DNA from: Candidatus Obscuribacteraceae bacterium
GTDB lineage: Bacteria; Cyanobacteriota; Vampirovibrionia; Obscuribacterales; Obscuribacteraceae
DNA length: 64,000 nucleotides
Assembly (NCBI GenBank): GCA_044226015.1
Contig: JBGAHS010000008.1
Location: 448,001-512,000, forward strand
Direction: 5' to 3'
The position numbers and the translations under genes are program-made. Below, piece after piece: positions 9,328 through 19,026 of this stretch (positions within the stretch are counted from its first letter, which is position 1; every line of letters starts with the position of its first letter). The notes below the pieces were generated by a model. That model was not told where the DNA came from, did not search any database, and worked only from the letters and a program-made list of their open reading frames with translations.

Positions 9328-10050
9328 ATGGAAGCTGTGATGATTTTTGATTCTGAAGAGTCTTATAGAAGAGCACAAAAACAAGCCGTCAATCAGCTGC
9401 GGGACCTTTTCGCTTCTGGGTCTGCGCTAAGCTCGACTGTAAAACCGGTACCGGACTATACCAGCGACCTTCGCCTTTGCCTGACTGCAGTCGCTTTTGT
9501 TGGGAATCATTTTGCAAACGATTCAAAGTTGAATAGCTTAATCGAGTCGTTGCGAGCCTTGGAGCCCTGGCAGTACTTCTACCCTCCAGAATCGCTACAC
9601 ATCACCATTCAAAATGTTCAAACTATAGATGAACCACCGAAATTCGACGAAAGAACAATCCAACTCGCACGCTTGATTTTCGAACGCATAATACCGGAGC
9701 ACAAGACCCTAGAATTTGAAACCGATGGTCTTCTTGTGACACCGTCAAGTTCGGCACTAGTGGCTTTCGCTGATTCGAGCATTCTGGCGCTTAGCAAGTC
9801 ATTGAGGAACGCATTGGCTGAATCGCAAATTCCCGATGACAAACATTACATCAGTGATGAAGTTGTCTTCGGCAACATCACATTTTGCCGATTTACTCGA
9901 AACCCTGGTTCGAAATTCAGAGAACTGCTCGATGCTTATATCGGTTCTGAAATTTGTATTCGGGCGAATGAGATACATTTGGTGTCCACCAATAGTGTTT
10001 GCTATCGCCCTCTTACCAGTATTCATGGGCGATTTCGCCTCATGGACTGA
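9328..10050 (+). CDS. 2H phosphoesterase / 2'-5' RNA ligase-like protein
   Basis: First motif PESLHITI. The second motif position 92 aa later reads GNITF. Size is typical for the 2H fold. Confidence 0.65.
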   Translation: MEAVMIFDSEESYRRAQKQAVNQLRDLFASGSALSSTVKPVPDYTSDLRLCLTAVAFVGNHFANDSKLNSLIESLRALEPWQYFYPPESLHITIQNVQTIDEPPKFDERTIQLARLIFERIIPEHKTLEFETDGLLVTPSSSALVAFADSSILALSKSLRNALAESQIPDDKHYISDEVVFGNITFCRFTRNPGSKFRELLDAYIGSEICIRANEIHLVSTNSVCYRPLTSIHGRFRLMD

Positions 10051-10238
10051 CACATCACATTTCGACTGACTGAAATCACACCAGCGGACACAAATTCATC
10101 AAGAGTCTGCATTTTATTAACTCAACCATTCATCATAGATGAGCGATTACACGAACTGCAGATTTGTGTCATCATTGAAGAACAAGGCAGTTTCCCAAGG
10201 CAAGTTCTCTTTCAACCTTCGATGGTGGCAGGTTCTCT

Positions 10239-10460
10239 ATGGACTCAGAGAAACGAGATGACCAAGAATTGACAGAAGTCGAACTTGCCATAATAAACCT
10301 CGTTGCTGATGGCAAGTCGAATAGGGAAATCGCAAAAGAGCTTAGCTGCAGTGTTGATACGATAAGAACTTACATGAAGTACATCTTCAGGAAGCTAAAG
10401 GAGAAATCCCGGAAGCAAATTGCGGAAAAATACAGCAAAATAGACCCAGAAGAAGAATAA
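10239..10460 (+). CDS. Stand-alone LuxR/GerE-type helix-turn-helix regulator
   Basis: LTEVELAIINLVADGKSNREIAKELSCSVDTIRTYMKYIFRKL matches the LuxR C-terminal HTH pattern. No receiver or ligand-binding domain. Confidence 0.88.
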   Translation: MDSEKRDDQELTEVELAIINLVADGKSNREIAKELSCSVDTIRTYMKYIFRKLKEKSRKQIAEKYSKIDPEEE

Positions 10461-10527
10461 AGCTTACCATTCGTTAAGCTTGTAGCCCTGCGAACATTTT
10501 GCCCGTAGATGTCAGCATTCCAAAAGA

Positions 10528-10533
10528 TATAAT
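10528..10533 (+). promoter_or_regulatory. Possible sigma70 -10 box for the 2498 aa gene
   Basis: Perfect TATAAT 56 nt upstream of ATG 10590. No convincing -35 at 17 nt spacing. Confidence 0.3.
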
Positions 10534-10589
10534 GGACAAGCAAAAGCAGTTCTGCTCTTGCGAAGTGAACTCACCCAACAGTCGACATC

Positions 10590-13500
10590 ATGAGAGCAAA
10601 AAATAGAGCATTCCTTTTGAGTTTATCCCTATCACTGCTAGGTCAGGTCAGCGTTCCGTTGATTTGCAGTGCTCAGGGAGTACGTCCTGGATCAATACCA
10701 TTGTCGCAGTCGAACAACTCTGGAAGCACCACGGTTCCTTCGAATTTGGATCTCAGCTCTACAACAGCTTCCATGGGGGCACAAAACACAAAGCCTGTTA
10801 ACATTCAGGTCGGAGGCAACTCGCTCAATGGCACCATAAGCGGTGGCACATCGCTTACAGTCCTACCAGGACAGCTCTTAACCCCCGCTCAATATCTCGC
10901 GACTCTGGCAGCTATTAATGGGCATCAAACATTACTGTTGAACAATTCGGGGGCAGCGATCGGTGGCTCTGCCATATTGAACGCGAAGACAAGCCCAGCA
11001 CTAAATGGTCTTCTAGTGCCGACGAATGTTAGCATCAATGCGATAGGATTTAACAAAGCGACCCCGCTCAATGTAAGTGGGGTTGTTGATATTTTCGGCT
11101 CTGTTTACGCACTGCAGAACACACAAAATGTAGTTGCATCAATGAACCTCGGTAGCCTCGTAGTAGAACAGGGTGGACTGCTTTCGACAAGGTTACCAGC
11201 TGGATTCAATCTGCCTGGTGTATTCTCATCTGCAGGACTTCAAATCAATACGAGCGGAAACGTATTGAATCATGGCACCATATTCAGTGGCGGCAATCTC
11301 GCAATCAGCGCGGGTGGTGCTATCACCAATCAAACACTGGGGAATCTACAAGCGCAGATAAGTGCAATCAACCTGAGCTTGAATACAGCTCAGGGCAGCA
11401 TCATAAACAGTGGATTGATTCAAGCTAGTCAATCAATGGAACTCAGCGCAGCTCTGGGAAAAGACCTATTCATAGATAATAAGAATGGGCTGATTGAGGC
11501 AACTGGACTTGTAAACGCTGTAACAAAGCTCGTCTCCGAAGGAACAATAAATATCGGAAACATTCAAGCGCCTGAACTTGCGAATGTGAGAATCATCGGG
11601 GGGCAAATAAGTTCTGTTGCTGGTACCAGCATCTACGGCAAGAATATGGATGTATCTGTCGATCGCGTCGATGGAGTTATCAACAACACAGGATCCACAG
11701 CGCATCTGGACGTGAGTGGTGGCAACCTGCTAATAGGCACGCAAAATCTGTCCGGTGATCCAACCTATTTCAACAGCAACGGAGACATTACGCTGACTGA
11801 TACTATCAGCGTCGCAGGCGATCTCGCTTTTGTTGCTTCAGGCAACATTTTAACGACCGGAAAGACTTCAATCCAGACAACGGCTGCAAACAACAGCATT
11901 CTAATGAGTGCTGGATACCAATTCACTACCGATGGACCCGCCAGCGGAACTGATAGCACAACGACCATAACATTTAATGGCAGCGCTGATTCAAGTAAGA
12001 ACATAAGCTCGCCTGGAAATGAGCTGAACATCAAAACTAGCGGCACAGGTACTATCACGCTCATATCCGCAGGGAAGGTGGATCTCGGTACAGGCGTCAT
12101 CAGCAGTCAATCAGGAAAAATAAATATTCTTGGTGCTGGTGGTGTCACTACAAAGGGATCGATAAGCTCTACCGCAGGCAATATTTCGATTGCCTCAGGA
12201 GATGTAGGCAACATAAATCTCATAAGCATTAAAGACGGCACACCAAGCGCGCTTCCAAGCTTGGGTACACTAAGCAGTTTCCCCGTGCAGGTAAGCGACA
12301 TAAGCATAGGTAATGGTCAAACTCTGGATCTGAGTACTGCTGCACAGCTGACAATCGGAAAGGTGACTTCAAATACGAGCAACTTGAATTTCACAGGCAG
12401 CGCAGTCACCATTACAGGTAATGTAGGATCGCTCACTGACACCACCACAATAACGAGTACAGCTGGCGATATCACGGTGCTATACGACCCCAGCCCGGGC
12501 TTGCTTAGTTCGAAACAACTTGTACTTAACAGCGCGGGCAGCATAAATGGCGTAAACAATGACTCGCTTGCATTTCTGGCTGATGTTGCAGACTTCATTG
12601 ATGCTAGCGCAGCGAAATCGGTCTTCATTTCAAATTCTCACACTCTAGGCACACTAAGTGTCAAAGCAAAAGCTGGAACCGGTTTCATAAATTTGAATTC
12701 GAGCAATTCAATCAAACTGCTCAGTGACCTCGACGCGCAAGGCGTCACTTTGCGGGCGTCAAATTTTGCTAATGCCCAAATTGATTTGAATGGTCATTTG
12801 CTTAAGTCTAACGGCAAAGATATTTCTCTTGTAGCTTCAGATATCGTGTTCAACAGTGGCACTATAAATGCGGGAGCAGGAAATGTCTTCGTAATTTCTG
12901 CTCAACCCGACCTACCTATTTCACTTGGCTCTGCAACTGGAGGACTACACTTCAGTCAAGCTGATCTCAAAGCAATCACAGCAAACAAATTGAGAATCGG
13001 ATTCGGCATGAATGGTGGCATGACCATTGGCAACGGAGATGGCACAGGCGGAGCTCTTGTCTTTCCTTATAGTGTCGACCTCTATCAATTCGATGACCCG
13101 GACATTCCGACTGCAGTGGGCAACATAAATTCAGGTGCTATTGGGATAGAAGTATCAGGCAATCTTTATGCCCAGAGCCAAGCTGGCGATATCTCTGTTG
13201 GAAAGATAACTAGCACCACGAATGGAAACGTAACGCTTGTCACCAGTGGTGGTGACATAAACCTCTCTGGCACAAACGGTGCATCTTTGCCGGTCGCGCA
13301 TGAAATCAAATTGCTCGCAGGTGGGATAGGCGTGGGTTCAGCTACTGGCGCTCTCACCGGGCTGGGAAGCGCAGCACTGCTGATAACGCCAGTCGTTGTT
13401 GGAAATGACGCTGGCTCAGTTTACCTTCGAGGCAATAATCTTGGAACAACGGGAAATGTTGGCACCACCGCTGCACCTCTGACAATAGATGTTAGTGCGC

Positions 13501-16500
13501 CCGGCAGCACGGGAAACGGCGGCGTAGCCTCATTTGAGCGCACTGCAACGGGAGCATTTGCACCAACATCTGCATCTTTGTTATTAAAGGTCAGCGGTGG
13601 CAGCACAAGCGGAAATCAAGGCACAGCTGTCATATCCAACAACGGCGACCTCACTTACAACACATCAGCAGCAAACAAGAGCATTGAATATGGAAGCGGT
13701 TCCGGAAATGGCGTCAGCATAACGCTGAGCGCTGGAAATATCTCAAAAGGTAACCTGCTTGTTACTGGTCCACTGGACACAAGCGCAAATGGAAGTGACC
13801 ACGACGGCGGTAACATCACTCTCGAATCAAACAGCACCACTCCACTTGCCATAGCAATGAGCAATACGAAGAACGGAATAACCGGGCTGCTAACGCTAAA
13901 CAAAACGGGCATTGGTAAGGATGGCGCACTTACAATCGTTAACCGTGGTGGCAACATAAGCAACACCGTACAGAATTTGACAGCGGTCAGCAAGCTCGTT
14001 TTCGATACTAGCTCTGCGGCAACGGGCTCAATAACAAACACAAAATTGCTCGGTAGCAGCAGTACAAGTGAAATCAGAATCTCGACTAAAGGTGGTGCAA
14101 TAAACAGCACCGCAGTCACGCTCACCACCCAGTCCACAGGTAGCGTGTATTTGCAAACAGCAAGTGGAGCAATAACAGCAAACATTGACACGGGAAACGT
14201 CTCAGTGAACACTGGCGGCAGTGCTGCAGCAACAATCAATAGCATTGGATCAAACCCGCTGAATGTCTTATCCTCATCAGTTGGTGGTTCCCTAACAATC
14301 ACCCAAGCCGGGGGCGACCTCAATGTCACAGAGCCAATATTCAGTGGGAACACGCTCACTTTAAAGACCAGCAAGACCGATGCAGTCATCAACGTAAACG
14401 CAAACTTGACTGCAGGATTTCAATTTGTCGGCTTCGGCACGATGAATTTGCAAACCGCAGGAAACGGTTCTATCAGTGGTACGGGCACCCTAAACGCAAA
14501 AACCATCAATTTGACTTCTGGTACAGGTTCCTTTGGAACCGCCCTGCAGGCATTGAATCTGACCACAGCTCAAGTCAGCTTAAACAGCAGCGGTCTGGTC
14601 AATATCAATAATGGTGCCTACAACCTTGACGCTCTGAAAATAAGCTCAGCGAAATCGGCGAACAACTTCACCCTAATATCAAGCAACTCAATAGTGTTGG
14701 CTGCAGCCCTGACCAATGTCAGCAAGGCAACACTACAGAGCACCAATGGTAGTCTCACACTGAGTTCAGGTATAGGAAACAGTACCAGTACCGACAATAT
14801 CACACTAACTGCCAAAGGAAGCATCACCGGAGCAGGTCTTCTCACGAACAGCACCGGTAAAACTATAGCATTGACAGTGCAAAGTACCACCGCAACGATA
14901 GGCAGCAGCAGTGTTCCCATAAACGTTAGCGGCTCATTTATTACGATAAGCAATTCTCCGACAGCGTCTGGTCTGATTAACTTAAACAGCAAAAACACAG
15001 GCTCAAGCACTATCAGCGGGCTTGTCACTACAGGTTCGGTCAAATTGGCTACCGCTGGAGCCGCCAACTTTGGTAGCAATGTTAGCGGTTCATCGGTCAC
15101 TTTAAATCTGAAAGACGATAACAACTTCCTTGGTAGCATCGCAGCCAGCAACGGTGCCCTCACCCTGACACAGACAGGTGCGGGCTTTGATACGGTCGAC
15201 GTAGCATTTGCTTTGAGCGCCACATCGAGCATCACAATCAAGGTTGCTGGGGCTTTAGCGGTTCATGACACAATTAATTCAGGCGCCTCTTTAACGGTCA
15301 CCAGCGGCGGTGCAGTCAACCTCGGCTTGGCATCCAAAAGCATCACTACGACAGGTCCTATCAGCATCACACAGACCGCTACAGATGTAAACGGAAGCTC
15401 CTTTGGTTCTTTGTCCGGGCAGTCGGTCACAGTCAAGCTCAAGCCATTGTCCTCTGCCGTTCAATTCCTGGGAAGTATCACGGCAACCAATGGAAGCATC
15501 TTAATCAGCGAAACGGGATTGGCGACCAACACAAGTATCGCATCAACAGCCAAAGCAACTGGCGACATAACGATTACGTCTGTGGGACCGGGCTCTTTCG
15601 GAGATATTACAGCCGGAGACAAAGCTGGAAATGGTGCGATTAATCTTACTCTAGGAGACGCGAGTTCACTTGGGGCTCTCTCAACTAGCGGCACCAAAGG
15701 CAACATCACTATCGTGGAAAAATTTGGCAAGCTATCGTTTCCATCAGCAACTGCAAGTGCCGCAATTTCTATTACGAATCAGTTTGTAGATGGCATTGAA
15801 GTTTCCGGCGCACTAGCTGCAAATTCCAAGGTTACAATAGCATCAAACGGGTTTGTGTCTGTTGGAGGGAAAACCAGCGCGAGCAGCAAGACAGGGTTGA
15901 TTTCTATTGCAGCTCCAGGCAATCAATATGTATCACTAGCAGCAGTGGATGCACCAACAGTAACGATAAGCGCAGGAAACATCGGTGCTGACACCTTAGC
16001 CTCGACTCCGACGCTGCTGAACAGCGCAAGCCTAACTTTTAAGTCTCTCGGTTCAGTCAATTTCAATAATTCAGGAACCTCTCTACTTACAATCGCGGCT
16101 GCAAGCACGGCGACAAACAGTGCAACTGTAAGTTCGCAAGGTGCAATAAGCATACTAAGTCCGCTGAAGACGACCCAGTCGATTGAGCTCAGCAGCAACA
16201 GCGACATGTTGATCAAAGCCACCACAGTCGGTGGCAGTAGCACAAACAAGATTTCGATCAGCGCAAATACGCTTACAGGCGCTGGCGTTCTGAAAGCAAA
16301 TGAAACAAGCGGCGTTATAGACTTAAAAGTCGCAGCAAACATCGGAACGAGCACAAGCAGCCTGAAAGTTAATGCTAAAACAGTAAATATCGCGAACGCG
16401 ACAAGCGTCGTAAACGTTTTCAATCAATTAGCGAGCACAAAATCTACTTTCAATGTATCGACCACTTCAAGCCCAAATTTGATACTCGGTAGCGCAGGAG

Positions 16501-18086
16501 CGAGCACGTATAGCGACCTTACTGCAGGCAGCATCACAATAAAGTACAGCGGGGCGTCTGATTTTAACAAGCTGACTTCGAGCATCGGCGCAATTAGTTT
16601 GACGCAATCTGGAGCGGCGAGCAAAAGTTCGTTCAACGGCATCATAAGTTCGGCAAAATCTGTGAGCATCACAACGACAGGCGATGCGACCTATGGCTCT
16701 AACATAACCGCGTCTGACGGCTCAATAGTCTTGTCTGCTAATACTGGAGTGCTCCAAGTAAGCAATAACGTTTCGATAAACTCAAATGGCACTGGTTCAC
16801 AAATAACATTGATGGAGAAGGCAAACACCAATACGTCAGGCATAGTCATTGGTTCGTTAGTCTCCCTTTCGACACTGGCCAGCTCAAAAACTGGAACCAA
16901 GCTTCCCTTGCCAGGACAAATAAACATAATAATCGGAACGAGCGTGCCTACGGCTCCTGTTCAAAATCCTACGGGTCAACCAGCAAACACAATCATCGAC
17001 ATACAACCACCAACAACTTCAATCAACAAAGTTTACTGGGGCACGAATTCAGGCAAGATTGACTCAAGCGGTGCAAGCGGGGCTGGCAATGAAATAAAAT
17101 TGAGTGTCATTGGAAACAGTGCAATTGTCTTTTCAGCCGGAACAAAAGCTGGTATCACCATTGGTGCCAAAACCACCTTAACGGCAGATCCACCAAGCAA
17201 CATCAATGCTGTGCCAGCTCTGAGATCTTTCCCTTCTGCGGTGCCAGTGGCGCAAGCATTTGCAACACGCTCCTCACAAATTGCTGCACTCGGACAATCT
17301 AACATAGCACCATTGAGTCACCAGAACTCAAAGGCTGACGCTGATATTACATCGTTCTATCAATCGTTACCCTTACCTGGGGCAGCGAACATAACAAGCT
17401 TAGCTGCAGTGAACAGTGCGACAAGATCGCTGTCTTCAACACCCCCGCTCACTTCGTCCAAGTCTGCTTTTACCAACTCAGCATCGGCATTCCCATTGCA
17501 TGGCACAGTGAACAAGCAAGAAAGATTAGGCTCCAACAAGACCCATACAGAGTTTGAACATCGACTACAGACAAGCAGCGGATATGATTACACTCACACT
17601 TTGGAAAATGGTGGCAGATTAATCGCGCCGACCTCAGATATGGTTTTGAAAACGAATCTGGCAGACATCGATATCGCCGCAAAATCCCTGGTACTAATCT
17701 ATTGCAATGACAGCACTCTAGTCGTTTTCAACATCGACGACCACCACAAGAATGCAGTTCGAGTTAAGTTCAACAAACACTGCATTGATGTCCCTGCGGG
17801 ATCACAGCTTTTGCTAAGCGATAAGGTAGAAGAATCATTCGAGAAACTCAATGTGGTTAAAAGAGCTTCCTATCGCAAAATAATCGAAAAGCGCAGCGAT
17901 GATTTGAAGTTTATTTCAGCGGAATTTTCTGTTCCCTCCTTGCTAACGGCAATTTCGAAGATTCGCGGTCTGCTTAACTCAAACAATGCATTTGAAACCA
18001 AGATTGGAAAGCACTTGCTAAAAACGGCAGCAGCATTGAATTCGGTTCGCAAGGACAACAGCGCATTTAGAATGTTGAATGATTGA
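10590..18086 (+). CDS. Giant secreted beta-strand-repeat (hemagglutinin/adhesin-like) protein with C-terminal FecR-like domain
   Basis: 2498 aa ORF with signal peptide MRAKNRAFLLSLSLSLLGQVSVPLICSA-Q. The G/S/T/N/A/I-rich alternating-strand pattern is typical of beta-helix passengers. The charged ~160 aa C-terminal domain (from ~17600) is shared with the other two giants. Confidence 0.9.
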   Translation: MRAKNRAFLLSLSLSLLGQVSVPLICSAQGVRPGSIPLSQSNNSGSTTVPSNLDLSSTTASMGAQNTKPVNIQVGGNSLNGTISGGTSLTVLPGQLLTPAQYLATLAAINGHQTLLLNNSGAAIGGSAILNAKTSPALNGLLVPTNVSINAIGFNKATPLNVSGVVDIFGSVYALQNTQNVVASMNLGSLVVEQGGLLSTRLPAGFNLPGVFSSAGLQINTSGNVLNHGTIFSGGNLAISAGGAITNQTLGNLQAQISAINLSLNTAQGSIINSGLIQASQSMELSAALGKDLFIDNKNGLIEATGLVNAVTKLVSEGTINIGNIQAPELANVRIIGGQISSVAGTSIYGKNMDVSVDRVDGVINNTGSTAHLDVSGGNLLIGTQNLSGDPTYFNSNGDITLTDTISVAGDLAFVASGNILTTGKTSIQTTAANNSILMSAGYQFTTDGPASGTDSTTTITFNGSADSSKNISSPGNELNIKTSGTGTITLISAGKVDLGTGVISSQSGKINILGAGGVTTKGSISSTAGNISIASGDVGNINLISIKDGTPSALPSLGTLSSFPVQVSDISIGNGQTLDLSTAAQLTIGKVTSNTSNLNFTGSAVTITGNVGSLTDTTTITSTAGDITVLYDPSPGLLSSKQLVLNSAGSINGVNNDSLAFLADVADFIDASAAKSVFISNSHTLGTLSVKAKAGTGFINLNSSNSIKLLSDLDAQGVTLRASNFANAQIDLNGHLLKSNGKDISLVASDIVFNSGTINAGAGNVFVISAQPDLPISLGSATGGLHFSQADLKAITANKLRIGFGMNGGMTIGNGDGTGGALVFPYSVDLYQFDDPDIPTAVGNINSGAIGIEVSGNLYAQSQAGDISVGKITSTTNGNVTLVTSGGDINLSGTNGASLPVAHEIKLLAGGIGVGSATGALTGLGSAALLITPVVVGNDAGSVYLRGNNLGTTGNVGTTAAPLTIDVSAPGSTGNGGVASFERTATGAFAPTSASLLLKVSGGSTSGNQGTAVISNNGDLTYNTSAANKSIEYGSGSGNGVSITLSAGNISKGNLLVTGPLDTSANGSDHDGGNITLESNSTTPLAIAMSNTKNGITGLLTLNKTGIGKDGALTIVNRGGNISNTVQNLTAVSKLVFDTSSAATGSITNTKLLGSSSTSEIRISTKGGAINSTAVTLTTQSTGSVYLQTASGAITANIDTGNVSVNTGGSAAATINSIGSNPLNVLSSSVGGSLTITQAGGDLNVTEPIFSGNTLTLKTSKTDAVINVNANLTAGFQFVGFGTMNLQTAGNGSISGTGTLNAKTINLTSGTGSFGTALQALNLTTAQVSLNSSGLVNINNGAYNLDALKISSAKSANNFTLISSNSIVLAAALTNVSKATLQSTNGSLTLSSGIGNSTSTDNITLTAKGSITGAGLLTNSTGKTIALTVQSTTATIGSSSVPINVSGSFITISNSPTASGLINLNSKNTGSSTISGLVTTGSVKLATAGAANFGSNVSGSSVTLNLKDDNNFLGSIAASNGALTLTQTGAGFDTVDVAFALSATSSITIKVAGALAVHDTINSGASLTVTSGGAVNLGLASKSITTTGPISITQTATDVNGSSFGSLSGQSVTVKLKPLSSAVQFLGSITATNGSILISETGLATNTSIASTAKATGDITITSVGPGSFGDITAGDKAGNGAINLTLGDASSLGALSTSGTKGNITIVEKFGKLSFPSATASAAISITNQFVDGIEVSGALAANSKVTIASNGFVSVGGKTSASSKTGLISIAAPGNQYVSLAAVDAPTVTISAGNIGADTLASTPTLLNSASLTFKSLGSVNFNNSGTSLLTIAAASTATNSATVSSQGAISILSPLKTTQSIELSSNSDMLIKATTVGGSSTNKISISANTLTGAGVLKANETSGVIDLKVAANIGTSTSSLKVNAKTVNIANATSVVNVFNQLASTKSTFNVSTTSSPNLILGSAGASTYSDLTAGSITIKYSGASDFNKLTSSIGAISLTQSGAASKSSFNGIISSAKSVSITTTGDATYGSNITASDGSIVLSANTGVLQVSNNVSINSNGTGSQITLMEKANTNTSGIVIGSLVSLSTLASSKTGTKLPLPGQINIIIGTSVPTAPVQNPTGQPANTIIDIQPPTTSINKVYWGTNSGKIDSSGASGAGNEIKLSVIGNSAIVFSAGTKAGITIGAKTTLTADPPSNINAVPALRSFPSAVPVAQAFATRSSQIAALGQSNIAPLSHQNSKADADITSFYQSLPLPGAANITSLAAVNSATRSLSSTPPLTSSKSAFTNSASAFPLHGTVNKQERLGSNKTHTEFEHRLQTSSGYDYTHTLENGGRLIAPTSDMVLKTNLADIDIAAKSLVLIYCNDSTLVVFNIDDHHKNAVRVKFNKHCIDVPAGSQLLLSDKVEESFEKLNVVKRASYRKIIEKRSDDLKFISAEFSVPSLLTAISKIRGLLNSNNAFETKIGKHLLKTAAALNSVRKDNSAFRMLND

Positions 18087-18325
18087 CCCCTAGAGAAAAC
18101 AAGCGCGAATCAGTCAACTGACGGATTCGACGCAGAACGATTAGAAATAGTCACAGGAACGACCTTCTTTGTCGCCCAAAACTGAGCACTGCCAAAGCTC
18201 TCAAGCTCACGAGCCCATCATGCCGTCTTGTAAACTTCCTATTACCAAGATCTTGTCGATGCACGGAGACCGGGACATTTCAGAGTATTATTTAGACATC
18301 TCCTGGATATTCATGGTGGTATGAG

Positions 18326-18892
18326 ATGAACTTAAGTAAATTGTCTAAGGCAGCTGTAATGACCGCATTGGTCTCTATGACAGCAGCCCCGTCTTTCGCA
18401 GCAGGCGCAGCAGCCAACATGTCAGTGAAGGTCGGCTATTTCAACCTCGCTCTTGTCAAAGCTTCCTATCCTGAATCTGCTGGTTCTGAAACACTACGTG
18501 TGCAAGCTGAGAACCAACTTCGCCGCGACGTAGAAGAGGGCAACAAGCGCCTGCAGAAGCTTCAAGAAGATAAGAAGCCAAAAGAAGAAGTTGAAAAAAT
18601 GGCTCAACAACTCCAAGTTGAAATCAACGCTAAACAAAGAGCATTGATTGAATTGGTGCAAAATCAGCAAGCGCAAGCAAACGCGCAGATCGCTCAAGTT
18701 GTAAACACAGTTGCTAAAGAGAAGGGTCTAGACCTGGTATTCGACGGCGCTGGCGTTTTCTCCGGTGGGGACAAGATCATCACCTCAGGCGAAGACATCA
18801 CTGATTCAATCGTCAGAAAGCTGAACCCGATGGCTGCTAAATCAGCTTCGACACCAGCCCCAGCTGAAAAGCCGGCTGCAGAGAAGAAATAA
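18326..18892 (+). CDS. skp: Skp/OmpH family periplasmic chaperone
   Basis: Signal peptide, strand KVGYFN, long Q/E/K coiled-coil and C-terminal VAKEKGLDLVFD..GEDITDSIVRKL, all characteristic of OmpH. Confidence 0.85.
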   Translation: MNLSKLSKAAVMTALVSMTAAPSFAAGAAANMSVKVGYFNLALVKASYPESAGSETLRVQAENQLRRDVEEGNKRLQKLQEDKKPKEEVEKMAQQLQVEINAKQRALIELVQNQQAQANAQIAQVVNTVAKEKGLDLVFDGAGVFSGGDKIITSGEDITDSIVRKLNPMAAKSASTPAPAEKPAAEKK

Positions 18893-18909
18893 GCACTCTG
18901 AAAAACATT

Positions 18910-18944
18910 AAGTCTGCCAGTTGCGAAATTGGCAGACTTTTTTT
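18910..18944 (+). terminator. Rho-independent terminator of skp
   Basis: AAGTCTGCCAGTT-GCGA-AATTGGCAGACTT followed by a T-run, 17 nt after the stop codon. Confidence 0.85.
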
Positions 18945-19026
18945 GTGCTTTGATTCTAAAATGATGGTCTTGGAACATGCTGATGACATCCCATAGGTGC
19001 GCTGCAATCTGGACTGGAGGTTCAAA

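Noticed and set aside
17184..17195. ADPP as a conserved C-terminal autocleavage site
   Set aside because: The aligned position reads TSPP in the third giant (its IDPP is offset) and has no DP in the 8634 aa protein, so conservation is not shown.
11466..18058. Minus-strand ORFs inside the 2498 aa gene
   Set aside because: Same antisense artefact; no independent protein features.
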